In this document: one piece after another, positions 27,968 through 37,556 of the stretch
Layout: the number at the start of each line of letters is the position of its first letter
Numbering within the stretch: position 1 is the stretch's first letter
Assembly: GCA_047971245.1 (NCBI GenBank)
Contig: JBKDZN010000219.1
Coordinates: 3,616 to 67,615, forward strand
Source: Acidimicrobiales bacterium
GTDB lineage: Bacteria > Actinomycetota > Acidimicrobiia > Acidimicrobiales > SZUA-35
DNA: 64,000 nucleotides
Reading direction: 5' to 3'
Position numbers and translations under genes: made by a program
The notes under the pieces: generated by a model
What the model was told of the DNA's origin: nothing
The model's input: only the letters and a program-made list of their open reading frames with translations
Databases searched by the model: none

Positions 27968-29605
27968 GTGAACGTGCGTTCTCGGGGAAAACTCAGCGTC
28001 ACCGTGGCCGTGACGGTGGCCGCCATCTGCCTCCTCGGCCTGTCCGCCGCCGCCCAGGCGACCACCGGGCCTTCGGAACCGACCCGGATCGAGGCCGGGG
28101 CGTCACGGTGGAGCCGTGGCGGTCCGGGAATCCACCGCCTCTGGCCGCTGGCCGACCGCTCGTTCCCTTCCGACTGGTCGGGTCGGGGACGAGGCCGGGG
28201 CCGGGGCCGGCCCACCACAACCGTGCCCACGACCTCGACGACGGCGCCCTCGACCACCGCGGGGCCCACCACGACCACGCCCGCCACCACCACCTCCGGG
28301 CCGACGACGACCGGACCCACGACGACGGCGACGTCAGCGCCGACGACGTCGACCACCTCGTCGACAACGTCCTCGTCGACGGTCCCGAGCACGACCGGGC
28401 CCACCACGACCGCACCCACCTCGGATGAACCCGGCGCGAGCCGGCCGACCACCCAGCCCGACACGATGCCCGCACCGGCCACCTCGGGCACACCCCTGGT
28501 GCGGCAGGTCCGCAACGGTGAGGTGATCGCCACCTACGACAGCATCGGTGCCGGCACCTCGGGGGACGGCCCGTTCGCCCGGACTCATGTGTGGAACAAG
28601 ATCCAGCCCGGTGACGTGTTCGAGGTGTACCCCGCGGTCTACACCGGGCCCGGTCAGCTGCCGTGGATCGGCCCGCTCCCCGACGAGTCCGGCACCACCC
28701 ACACCCCCACCGACGTCACCATCCGCGGCATCACCGTGAACGGTGAGCGGCCGGTACTGAAGATGGGCACCACCGGTGATTACAACACCCTCGGGCACGG
28801 CCTGGTGGAGATCGACGGCGTCGACGGACTGACCTGGGAGAACATCGACATCGACGGGACCGACGGCGAATGGGTCGACCGGGCTGCCATCTATGTCCTC
28901 AACAGCAACGACGTCACCATCCGCAACGCCCGCATCCACGGCATGCAGGACAGCCGGCACAACGGGGTGTTCGGCGCCGGGGGGAACCGGGGCACCCTCC
29001 TGCTCGACAACCTCCGGTTGTACGACAACGGCGGCGACAACGGGCCCTCGCACAATGTGTACGTCAACTCGAGCGACACCGATCCCGACTTCACCCTCGC
29101 GGTGCGCAACAGCTGGTCGAGCGCGGTCAACCTCGGCCACCTGCTCAAGTCCCGGGCCCAGGTCACCGTGGTCGAGGGGAACCTGCTCGAGGGCACCAAC
29201 CCGTTGCCGGGTTGGGACTGTGGTGAGTCCTACGGTCTCGACGTGCCCAATGGTGGCCGGGTGACGGTCACCAACAATGTGTTCGTGAAGGCCAAACCCG
29301 AGGCCTGCGGGAACGGGATCAGCTTCCGGTACGGGGCCGAAGGTCTCGACGCCGGCCGGACCCACCGGGTCGACCTGGTCCACAACACCTTCATCGCCCG
29401 GTCGCCGGTGTGGGACGAGGCCGGCCACCGGTCGATCCCGCTCGGGTTCTTCTCCCCACTCGCCGTGCCCGGCACCAGCGGGGCCCTGGGCGTCCCGATC
29501 GAGGTGAGCCTCAACCGGTTCGAGGGCTACGTCACCGACGACCTCGATGCCGCCGCCCGATACCGGGGTACCGACTACGTCGACATTCCGGGGACGCTCG
29601 ACTGA
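27968..29605 (+). CDS. secreted right-handed parallel beta-helix repeat protein (polysaccharide lyase/hydrolase-like)
   Basis: Signal peptide, a GRGRGRGRGR run, a ~110-aa Thr/Pro/Ser linker, then beta-helix coils (VTIRNARIHG, NLRLYDNGG, VVEGNLLEG, VTNNVFV, LVHNTFI). Confidence 0.7.
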   Translation: MNVRSRGKLSVTVAVTVAAICLLGLSAAAQATTGPSEPTRIEAGASRWSRGGPGIHRLWPLADRSFPSDWSGRGRGRGRGRPTTTVPTTSTTAPSTTAGPTTTTPATTTSGPTTTGPTTTATSAPTTSTTSSTTSSSTVPSTTGPTTTAPTSDEPGASRPTTQPDTMPAPATSGTPLVRQVRNGEVIATYDSIGAGTSGDGPFARTHVWNKIQPGDVFEVYPAVYTGPGQLPWIGPLPDESGTTHTPTDVTIRGITVNGERPVLKMGTTGDYNTLGHGLVEIDGVDGLTWENIDIDGTDGEWVDRAAIYVLNSNDVTIRNARIHGMQDSRHNGVFGAGGNRGTLLLDNLRLYDNGGDNGPSHNVYVNSSDTDPDFTLAVRNSWSSAVNLGHLLKSRAQVTVVEGNLLEGTNPLPGWDCGESYGLDVPNGGRVTVTNNVFVKAKPEACGNGISFRYGAEGLDAGRTHRVDLVHNTFIARSPVWDEAGHRSIPLGFFSPLAVPGTSGALGVPIEVSLNRFEGYVTDDLDAAARYRGTDYVDIPGTLD

Positions 29606-29612
29606 GCCTTGG

Positions 29613-30836
29613 TCACGACGTCCGGGTCGACACCACTTCGGCGAGCGCGTCGACGCAGGTGTCGATCTGGGCGTCGGTGATCACCAGTGGGGGGCAGAAG
29701 GCCACCGACGTCCCGATGGGCCGCACGATGACGCCCCGGGCCAGCATGGCGTCGCGTACTGCCGCGCCGTCGCCTCCCGGGCCGAGATCGGCGGCCCACA
29801 CCGCTCCGGCCCCCCGGGCCTCGGCGATCGTGCCGTCGTCGGCCAGGCTGCGGAGCCCGGCCCCCAGCCGCTCCCCCACCTTGACCGCCCGTTCCAGCAG
29901 CCCATCGGCCAGCACGTCCAGGTTGGCCAGGGCGGCGGCGCAGGTGGTCGGGTGCCCGGAGTAGGTGTACCCGTGGCGCAACATCCAGTCCCGGTCGCTC
30001 TCCAAAGGATCGAGCACCCGGCGGGACAGCAGCACGCCCGACACCGGGAGGTAGCCCGAACTGACGCCCTTGGCGAAGGTGATCATGTCGGGTGTGACCC
30101 CGAAGTACTCCGAGGCCAGCCAGGTGCCCATCCGCCCAAAGCCACAGATCACCTCGTCGAAGATCAGGTAGGCGCCGTGTTGATCGCACAGGCGCCGCAG
30201 CCCCTCCAGATAGCCGTCGGGGGGCGGATGCACCCCACCGGCGCCCTGCACCGGCTCGGTCAGCACCGCGGCCACCCGCCCGCCGTACTCGTCCGCGAAC
30301 ATCGACGCCATGGCTTCGAGGTCGTCGGCCGGGGCCTGGAGCACGTCCGGGAGCAGGGGGCCGAACCCCTCCTTGTTCAGCTGCAGACCCTGGGCGGTGA
30401 CGCCGCCGTAGTTGACGCCGTGGTAGGCGCGGTCACGGCTGATCACGACCGTCCGTTCCGGATGACCGGCCTGCACCTGGGCGATCCGGGCCAGTTTCAT
30501 GGCCGTGTCGATGGCCTCGCTCCCGGAGTTCCCGAGGAACACCCGGGCGTCGGGGAACGGGGCCAGGTCGGCCAGGCGACCGGCCAGCTCCTCCGACGGC
30601 TCGTTGGCGAACTTCTCGAACGTGTGGAAGGTGGCCAACGCGTTCATCTGCCGGTTGACGGCCTCGATGATGGGCCGGCACCCGTGGCCGGCCTGCACAT
30701 ACCACAGGCTGGCCAGGGCATCGATGTAATCACGGCCGGCCGAGTCGGTGACCACCGCCCCGTCCCCGGCCACCAGGGTGAGATACTCGGTCCTCGCCGG
30801 TTGGGCGTAGGCGTGCAGCAATCGTGGAACAGCCAT
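29613..30836 (-). CDS. class III (omega) aminotransferase, PLP-dependent
   Basis: 407 aa with GNSGSEAIDTAMK, DEVICGFGRMG and FAKGVSSGY (PLP Lys). Confidence 0.85.
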   Translation of the reverse strand: MAVPRLLHAYAQPARTEYLTLVAGDGAVVTDSAGRDYIDALASLWYVQAGHGCRPIIEAVNRQMNALATFHTFEKFANEPSEELAGRLADLAPFPDARVFLGNSGSEAIDTAMKLARIAQVQAGHPERTVVISRDRAYHGVNYGGVTAQGLQLNKEGFGPLLPDVLQAPADDLEAMASMFADEYGGRVAAVLTEPVQGAGGVHPPPDGYLEGLRRLCDQHGAYLIFDEVICGFGRMGTWLASEYFGVTPDMITFAKGVSSGYLPVSGVLLSRRVLDPLESDRDWMLRHGYTYSGHPTTCAAALANLDVLADGLLERAVKVGERLGAGLRSLADDGTIAEARGAGAVWAADLGPGGDGAAVRDAMLARGVIVRPIGTSVAFCPPLVITDAQIDTCVDALAEVVSTRTS

Positions 30837-30894
30837 GGTTCCCCCTCTCGGGACCGTCCGGTGGAGCGAGCGTAGCTCAGCCCGCTCCCGGCGA

Positions 30895-32646
30895 TCAGAC
30901 CCTGGAGCTCGTCGCGTCGGCCGGTCCGGGCCCCGGGCCGACGTCGGACGCGTCGACGATCTCGTACCCGTACCCCTGCTCGGCCAGGAACCGCTGGCGA
31001 CGGCGGGCGTGATCGACCTCGACGGTGTCCTGGGCGACCAGGGTGTAGAAGTGGGCCTGCCGATCGTCCTGCTTGGGCCGCACGATCCGCCCGAGACGCT
31101 GGGCCTCCTCTTGGCGACTCCCGTAGGTGCCCGACACCTGGACCGCGACGGCCACCTCGGGCAGATCGATGCTGGTGTTCCCCACCTTGGACACCACCAG
31201 GGCGTCGATCTCGCCGCGGCGGAGTTGCTCGAAGCGCGCCAGACGCTCCGCCGGTGGGGTGGCCCCGGTGAGCAGGGGCAGATCGAGCCGATCGGCGACG
31301 GCGTGGAGCCCGTCCAGGTAGGTCCCGATGATCAGCACCCCGTCGCCCTGGTGCCGGTCGACGAGGTCGGCCACGACGTCCAGCTTCGCGGCCACGCCCG
31401 CCGCCACCTGGGCCCGTTGGCGGACCGGGGCCGCGGCGTGGGCCATCCGCTCCGCAGCGGTGGGGGGAACCCGGATCTCGGTACAGGTGGCCGGGGCCAG
31501 CCAACCCTGCAGCTCCAACTCCCGCCAGCCGACGTCGAACCGTTTGGGCCCGACCAGGCCGAACACGTCACGCTGGCGGCCGTCCTCCCGCACCAGGGTG
31601 GCGGTGAGGCCGAGGCGACGCCGGGACTGGATCCCGGCGGTGAGCTGGAAGACGGCGGACGGCAGCAGATGGACCTCGTCGTAGATGACCAGGCCCCAGT
31701 CGCCCCCCTGCAACAGGTCGAGATGGCGGAACACACCGTCCCGGCGGGTGGCCAGCAGATGATAGGTGGTGAGGGTGACGGGCCGCACCGCCCGACCCCG
31801 CGACGAGTACACACCGATGTCGTCAGGGTCGAGGTCGGTGAACCGCAACAGTTCGGCCCGCCACTGCTCGATCGCCGCCGGCCCGGTGGTCAGGATCAGG
31901 GTGCGGGCCCCGACCGCGGCCGCGGCGGCGATCCCGGTGACGGTCTTGCCGGCCCCGCAGGGCAGCACGATCACGCCCGTGCCGCTGGGGAGCCAGGCGT
32001 TCACGGCGGCCTCCTGGTACGGCCGCAACACCAGATCGGGTCGGAGAGCGAACGGGTGTGGCAGACCCGGGCTCAGGGCGGCCCGATCGTCGGCCGGCCA
32101 GCGGCGCTCCAGCAGCAGTTGCTTGAGTGCCCCCCGATCGAGTGGGTCGAGCGCCACGCTCCGGGCGCCGAGCCGGCCGCCGACGTGCCGGGCCACCTCG
32201 GCGTCGGCCAGCAGCTCGTCGGCCAGCGCCTCGTCGGCGAAAACCACCGTCAACGACCGTCGATCGTCGACGGTCCCCCCGTTGCCGGGGTCTCCGGACC
32301 GGTCCGCGGCGTCGCCCTCGTGGCGGCCGGCTCCGCCCTCGATGACCACCCGCCCGAACCGGTCCACGGTGTCCACGATGGCCGCCTCGACGGTGTGGGG
32401 CACCGGACCTGCCGACCAGCGGCGGAGGGTGTCGATGATCCGGTCGGCGGTCATCCCGGACGCGGCCGCGTTCCACAGGCCGAGGTCGGTCAGGCGGTAG
32501 GTGTGCAAGCCGTCGGGGGCGGTGTCCAGCTCGGCGAACCGGGCCAGCTCCGATCTGGCCGCCGCCGCGTCCGGATGGGCCAGGTTCAACAGCACGGTGT
32601 CGGCGGCCGGCAGCAGGAGCGGTCCCGACCCGATCGGGGCGTTCAC
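30895..32646 (-). CDS. xpb: XPB/ERCC3-type DNA helicase
   Basis: Walker A LPCGAGKT, YDEVHLLP, the XPB-specific RED motif (LTATLVREDG), and SRQEEAQRLGRIVR. Confidence 0.9.
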   Translation of the reverse strand: MNAPIGSGPLLLPAADTVLLNLAHPDAAAARSELARFAELDTAPDGLHTYRLTDLGLWNAAASGMTADRIIDTLRRWSAGPVPHTVEAAIVDTVDRFGRVVIEGGAGRHEGDAADRSGDPGNGGTVDDRRSLTVVFADEALADELLADAEVARHVGGRLGARSVALDPLDRGALKQLLLERRWPADDRAALSPGLPHPFALRPDLVLRPYQEAAVNAWLPSGTGVIVLPCGAGKTVTGIAAAAAVGARTLILTTGPAAIEQWRAELLRFTDLDPDDIGVYSSRGRAVRPVTLTTYHLLATRRDGVFRHLDLLQGGDWGLVIYDEVHLLPSAVFQLTAGIQSRRRLGLTATLVREDGRQRDVFGLVGPKRFDVGWRELELQGWLAPATCTEIRVPPTAAERMAHAAAPVRQRAQVAAGVAAKLDVVADLVDRHQGDGVLIIGTYLDGLHAVADRLDLPLLTGATPPAERLARFEQLRRGEIDALVVSKVGNTSIDLPEVAVAVQVSGTYGSRQEEAQRLGRIVRPKQDDRQAHFYTLVAQDTVEVDHARRRQRFLAEQGYGYEIVDASDVGPGPGPADATSSRV

Positions 32647-35069
32647 CGGTCCGGATCCTCCACCGCGACCACGGTCTCCAGCGGGAGTTCCGTGACCCCG
32701 TCGGTGCCCAACAGGCTGACCGTGTCACCTACGGCGACCAGGACCCCCGCCGACTCGGCCAGACCCCCGTCGACCAGGTGGGTCACCACCGCCGGCCGAT
32801 TCAGACGCCGGTCGATCCCGTGGCGCAGGTCGACGGCACCGTCGTCGCCCCCCTCACCCGGCGGGTCGGCCCGAGCCGTCTCCTCGCCTCCCGCCACCAG
32901 ATCGGCCACGGTGTCATCGATCTCGTGCGGTGACAACCCGCCGACCAGTTCCGGGCCGGTCCAGTCCGGGGGCGGCCCGGGCGCCGGTTCCGGACCGGGC
33001 CCCGACACTGCGTCGGCCGAGGTGGTGCCGTCGACGGGTTCGGGGTGGGCGCGCACCACGACCGTGGCCCCGTCGAGCACGGGGAACAGGCCCTCGGCCC
33101 GGAGTTCGTCGAGCATCCGGTTCGGCTCCACCGGGCTGGTCAGCACGGTCGGGGCCACCAGCCGCATCCCGAGCCGGGCGGCCCGGGCCGACGACGCGAC
33201 ACCGACCGCTTCGGCCTCATCCCCGGTCACCACCACCGAGCGGGCGGGCAGCACCCGGACGGTGCCGTGGCGCCGGGCCACGTCACCGATCAGGTAGCTC
33301 AAGGGTTGGGGCACACCCGATAGGGCGTGGCGGCCCAGGAAATCCTCGATGGTGCCGGCGGTCCAGCCCCGGTCGAACGCCTGACGGAGGCTGGTCGGGC
33401 TGAACCGGAACGACGGCAGGGAGCCGCCCGGCTCCCGGTCGGCCATCTCGCTCATGGCCTCGGCCACGGCCGGGACCAGGGGACCGAGGGCGACCGCGCT
33501 GAGGTCGGTCTGGACCACGAGCTGGTCCTGGTCGGGCCCGAGCACCTCGGCGGCGACCGTGTCGAGATCCGGGCCGCGCTCGGACGCCGGGCCGGGGAGC
33601 CGGAGCTCGGGTTCGGGCAGCCAGGTGGCCTCGTCCTCCCGGACCAGGGCGTCGAGCATCCGGGTCGGTGAGCCCGCCGCCATCAGGCCGAGCTGCCGGG
33701 CCTCGTCGAGCAGGGCGTCGATCAGACCGAGCGGGGTCACGTCGTAGGAGAGCCACAGATTGGGGGAGCGCCACACCACCACCTCGCTCAGCTGGGCCGG
33801 ATCGGCGGCCTCGCCCACCGGGGTGCCGGCCAGGGCGTGGACCAGGTGCCGCCGGGCCGACAGTGGCAGCAGGATCAGGTCGGCCTCGTCGAACGCGGCG
33901 ACGGGGCCCGTCGGTTCCCGGTCGTCGCGGCCGAGCAGGGGGCTCGACGCCAGCTCGGCGGCGCCCAACCAGCAGCGCACCAGCGCCGTCCAGCGGCGGG
34001 GACGGTCGAGGCCGAGCCACACCGGAGCAAGATCGGTGGCCACGACAGCACGATCGACCACCTCGATCAGCCGGGCCGACCGGAGTACCGACAGCAGCCG
34101 GACCAGCTCACCCACCTCGACATCGCATCGGCGGCTCAGGCGCCGCAGTTCCCGGATCCCCACGGCGCCGTCCTTGCGGGTGATGACCTCGCCCGCCCGG
34201 GCCAGGCCGACGACGGTCTCCGCCGCGGTCAGCATCCGCCCGGCGGCGTCGGCCCCCGCCGCGGTGGCCGCGTCGGCCGGCAGGCCGGCCACCGGCCGGA
34301 GGGGCACGGGCCGCAACCGGGCCTCGGGAGCGAGACCCTCGGGGTGGGCCGCCACCACCACCTCACGGGGCAGTTCGGCGACCTGCTCGCTGACCGCCAC
34401 CAGCAGCCCGCGCTCGAGGAGCCACCGGAGCGGGTCGGACGGCTCGGGCTGGCGGTAGAGGAAGCCGGCGGGCAGGCCGACGGCCGGGCTCCGCTGCTCG
34501 ATCAACAGCTCGATCGTCTCCGTCACCTCCGGCCGCGCCCCGGCCAGGACGGCGGCGAGCCCGTCCGGGGTGGCCAGGCGCCGGGCGATCGCGGCCGCGG
34601 TGACCGCGGGTCGGTTCGAGCCCTCGGCCCCCAGGACCTGGGCCAGGCTGTCAGTGGTGGCGGCCGGCAGATGCCGGGCCAGCTCTTCGAACGACGGCCC
34701 CAGGCCCAGCGGCCGAGCGAACAGGTCGGGCAGGGCCCCCACCGGCGCGGCCACCCCGTCCTCCAGCACCACCAGGCCCCGCTCGGCCAACCGTTCCAGG
34801 GCGTCGATGACCCCGGTGAGGTCCGTGGTGCCGAGAAGTTCGTCGAGCTCGGCGGCGGTGCCGCGGCGGGCCACCACCAGCGCCTCGGCGGTGACCACCA
34901 TGCCCACGTCGGCCTCGATCAAGGCCCGGGCCATCGACACCGGCGAAACGGCCCGCCGGGCCAACGCGCCGAACCCCCGATCGGCCGCTCCGAGCAGGTC
35001 GGGACGAGCGGTCAGCAGGCGCGCCAACGCCTCCGGAGTCCAACGGCGAAGGTGATCGGCAAACCGCAC
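32643..35069 (-). CDS. large helicase-associated protein, conserved partner of actinobacterial XPB, function unknown
   Basis: Stop overlaps the xpb start (GTGA). About 808 aa from GTG 35069; the start is uncertain because the ORF extends to 35282 over the upstream gene. Confidence 0.6.
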   Translation of the reverse strand: MRFADHLRRWTPEALARLLTARPDLLGAADRGFGALARRAVSPVSMARALIEADVGMVVTAEALVVARRGTAAELDELLGTTDLTGVIDALERLAERGLVVLEDGVAAPVGALPDLFARPLGLGPSFEELARHLPAATTDSLAQVLGAEGSNRPAVTAAAIARRLATPDGLAAVLAGARPEVTETIELLIEQRSPAVGLPAGFLYRQPEPSDPLRWLLERGLLVAVSEQVAELPREVVVAAHPEGLAPEARLRPVPLRPVAGLPADAATAAGADAAGRMLTAAETVVGLARAGEVITRKDGAVGIRELRRLSRRCDVEVGELVRLLSVLRSARLIEVVDRAVVATDLAPVWLGLDRPRRWTALVRCWLGAAELASSPLLGRDDREPTGPVAAFDEADLILLPLSARRHLVHALAGTPVGEAADPAQLSEVVVWRSPNLWLSYDVTPLGLIDALLDEARQLGLMAAGSPTRMLDALVREDEATWLPEPELRLPGPASERGPDLDTVAAEVLGPDQDQLVVQTDLSAVALGPLVPAVAEAMSEMADREPGGSLPSFRFSPTSLRQAFDRGWTAGTIEDFLGRHALSGVPQPLSYLIGDVARRHGTVRVLPARSVVVTGDEAEAVGVASSARAARLGMRLVAPTVLTSPVEPNRMLDELRAEGLFPVLDGATVVVRAHPEPVDGTTSADAVSGPGPEPAPGPPPDWTGPELVGGLSPHEIDDTVADLVAGGEETARADPPGEGGDDGAVDLRHGIDRRLNRPAVVTHLVDGGLAESAGVLVAVGDTVSLLGTDGVTELPLETVVAVEDPDR

Positions 35070-35136
35070 CCCACCAGGGTGCCCCAAAAACGTCCCGGCC
35101 CAAAGTGGCGACCGGCGGTCATCGGCGATGGGACCC

Positions 35137-36075
35137 TCACCCGCCGGGCGGCACCACCCGGGCCAGGAAGTCGACCACGGCGTCGACGAAGACGTCGTTC
35201 CGGTCGCCCGCCACCATGTGGGCCGCCTCGCCCACGTTGGCGTACGCCGCGTCGGGGACCTGGGCCAGGAACGCCGCGGCACCGGCCTCCGACAGGACGT
35301 CGCTGAGACCGCCCCGCACCAGCAGGGTGTGCGTGCCCAGCTCCCGCAACCGGTCGGCGGCCGCCTCCTGGCGGGGGATCCGGTCGGCCAGCGCCTTGGG
35401 TCGGCGCATGTAGGCGGGATCCCAGTGCCACCGGTAGCGGCCGTCCGGCCACTGCCGCACGTTCTTGGCCAGGCCGTCGAGACGGCGGGGGCGGGGACGG
35501 TGGGGCTGGTAGGTCGCTATGGCTTCGGCCACCTCTTCGAGCGATCCGAAGCCGTCGGGAGCCTGCGCCATGAAGTCCCGGATCCGGGCGATACCGGCCG
35601 CCTCCACCCGGGGGGCGGTGTCGACCAGGACGAGGGCCCGGGCGGTCACCACGTCCTCGCCGATCGCGGTCAGCGACGTGCCGCCTCCCATCGAGGCGCC
35701 CACCAGGACGGGTGTCTCCCCGTAGTGGTCGATCACCGCGGCGAGATCGGCCATCATCGCCTCGGTGGTGTAGTCCCCGTCGGGGGCCCAGCCCGAATCA
35801 CCGTGGCCTCGGGCGTCGAGACTCACCGTCCGGTAGCCGGCGCCGGCCAGACGTTCCCCCGCCCCCTTCCAGGCGTGGCGGGTCTGCCCACCCCCGTGGA
35901 GCAGCAGGACCAGCGGTCCGTGGTCTCCGGCCACGTCGGCGGCCAGGGGCACACCCCCGAAACCGGTCAGGATCACCCCGGGCTCGGGCGTACCCGGCAG
36001 GCGGGTCCCGCCGTGCGGCGACGTCCCGCCCCCGTCGGTCTCGGGTTCATCGGCTGGTCTCGGCACGGTGGTCAT
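35137..36075 (-). CDS. alpha/beta hydrolase fold protein
   Basis: LLLHGGGQTRHAW, nucleophile elbow GASMGG, and a C-terminal His region (AAHMVAGD). ATG 36075 (alternative 36096). Confidence 0.8.
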   Translation of the reverse strand: MTTVPRPADEPETDGGGTSPHGGTRLPGTPEPGVILTGFGGVPLAADVAGDHGPLVLLLHGGGQTRHAWKGAGERLAGAGYRTVSLDARGHGDSGWAPDGDYTTEAMMADLAAVIDHYGETPVLVGASMGGGTSLTAIGEDVVTARALVLVDTAPRVEAAGIARIRDFMAQAPDGFGSLEEVAEAIATYQPHRPRPRRLDGLAKNVRQWPDGRYRWHWDPAYMRRPKALADRIPRQEAAADRLRELGTHTLLVRGGLSDVLSEAGAAAFLAQVPDAAYANVGEAAHMVAGDRNDVFVDAVVDFLARVVPPGG

Positions 36076-37402
36076 GAGTCTCCCCTCGAACGGCATGATC
36101 CGGCGATGTTGGCATCCGACGAGCCGAACCGCCGATCCGGCGGTCCGGCAGCGCCCTGTTCCCGCGGCGCAGGAGCGCCCTGTTCCCGCGGCGCAGGAGC
36201 GCCGTGTTGAGCACCCCGGCGGCGAGGACAACGGAGGCCGCGAGCATCGGCGTGAGCAGGGCGGCGGCGACCCCGACCCGCTCGGCCACCAGGCCGGTGA
36301 CCGCGGCCGCCCCGGCCTGACCGACCACCACCGCGGAACCGAAGATCGTCAGCGCCGCGGCGCCCCGGCCCTCGGGGCTCCGGTCGACCGCGAAACGGTA
36401 CTCGACCACGAGGGTGGGGCCGATCCCGATCCCGACCACGAACAGGGCGACCACCAGCGCCGGAACCGACGACACCGTAGCCAGGCCGACGGCGCCGGTG
36501 GTCAGGACCGTCGCGAACACCAGCCAGCGGGAGGCGAGGGAGAACCCGTCGGGCAGGGCGGCCGAGCCGAGGGCGAACACCGCAGATCCCACCCCCATCG
36601 CCCCGTACAGCAGCCCGGCCTCCTCCGGTGCGCCGCGTTGCTCCATGAACGCGGTGAGGGCAGTGAGACACGAGCCGAACACCAGACCCATCCCCAACGC
36701 GCCGCCGTAGGTGACGAGCAGGCCGGGTCGGAGCAGTTCGCCCGCCGGTGCCTGGAGCACATCTCCCGACGCCGTCCGGTCGGCCCGACCGACGTCGGCG
36801 GTGGGATGCAACGCGAAGGCACTGACGAACACCAGGCCGAGCAGGGCCGCCCCGACCACCGGTGCGGCCGGGCCGACCGCAGTGGCGAGCACGCCGACCA
36901 CCACCGGCCCGAACACGAACACGAGCTCATCGGCCCCCGACTCGTACGCCATGGCCCGGCCGAGCACCCGGGCCCGGCGATCCTCGGGCAGGTGCCGGTG
37001 GATGATGGCCACCACCCGCGAGCGCGACATCGGCGCCACCTGGGGCACGGTGGCCCCGATCAGCAGGGCCAGGCCCAACACGGTCCAATCGGGAGCCGGG
37101 GAGGACACCAGGCGGGCCAGGGCCAGCAACAAAGCGCTATTGACCATCCCCACCAGCAGCAGAACCCGTCGCTGCCCGTACCGGTCGGCGGCCATCCCCA
37201 GAACGGGCGAGAACAAGGCGGTGCCGGCACCGGTCACGGCGGACGTGGCCCCGCCGAGGGCGATCGACTGGCGCGCCGACACGACGAGGGTGAGCACCCC
37301 GACGGTCATCATGGCGAACGGCAACCGGGCGATCAGGGCGATGGGGAAGAAGCTCGTCCCCGCGGCACGGATCATGGTGGGTGCAGCGGCCTGATCGGTC
37401 AT
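36047..37402 (-). CDS. MFS transporter
   Basis: ATG 37402, about 12 TM helices. The C-terminal tail contains the 24-bp duplication and overlaps the start of the hydrolase gene. Confidence 0.75.
   Translation of the reverse strand: MTDQAAAPTMIRAAGTSFFPIALIARLPFAMMTVGVLTLVVSARQSIALGGATSAVTGAGTALFSPVLGMAADRYGQRRVLLLVGMVNSALLLALARLVSSPAPDWTVLGLALLIGATVPQVAPMSRSRVVAIIHRHLPEDRRARVLGRAMAYESGADELVFVFGPVVVGVLATAVGPAAPVVGAALLGLVFVSAFALHPTADVGRADRTASGDVLQAPAGELLRPGLLVTYGGALGMGLVFGSCLTALTAFMEQRGAPEEAGLLYGAMGVGSAVFALGSAALPDGFSLASRWLVFATVLTTGAVGLATVSSVPALVVALFVVGIGIGPTLVVEYRFAVDRSPEGRGAAALTIFGSAVVVGQAGAAAVTGLVAERVGVAAALLTPMLAASVVLAAGVLNTALLRRGNRALLRRGNRALPDRRIGGSARRMPTSPDHAVRGETHDHRAETSR
36151..36198. repeat. 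perfect 24-bp tandem duplication (x2, plus a degenerate third unit) in the 3' end of an MFS gene
   Basis: gcgccctgttcccgcggcgcagga occurs twice back to back. It encodes LLRRGNRA twice in the minus-strand frame. Confidence 0.9.
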
Positions 37403-37497
37403 GTGTCTCGGTTTCCTGTGGGCGCACCGCCCGAGGCGGCGTCTCGTGCCGCCTTGGCCACCGGCTCCCGGCACCAGGTAGATACACAGATCGATTC

Positions 37498-37525
37498 GTG
37501 ACGCCCGTCAGTCTACGGGCGTCAC
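37498..37525 (-). terminator. perfect 11-bp stem hairpin downstream of the GrdB/PrdB-like gene
   Basis: GTGACGCCCGT-cagtct-ACGGGCGTCAC, 32 nt after the stop at 37557, followed by an AT-richer stretch. Confidence 0.55.
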
Positions 37526-37556
37526 GATCCCGAACCGGTCCGGTCCGGAGTGGGAC

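Noticed and set aside
35070-35282. N-terminal extension of the XPB-partner ORF to 35282.
   Set aside because: This part overlaps the 3' end of the alpha/beta hydrolase gene in another frame and translates to Trp/Arg/Thr-rich nonsense. GTG 35069, after the hydrolase stop, is more plausible.
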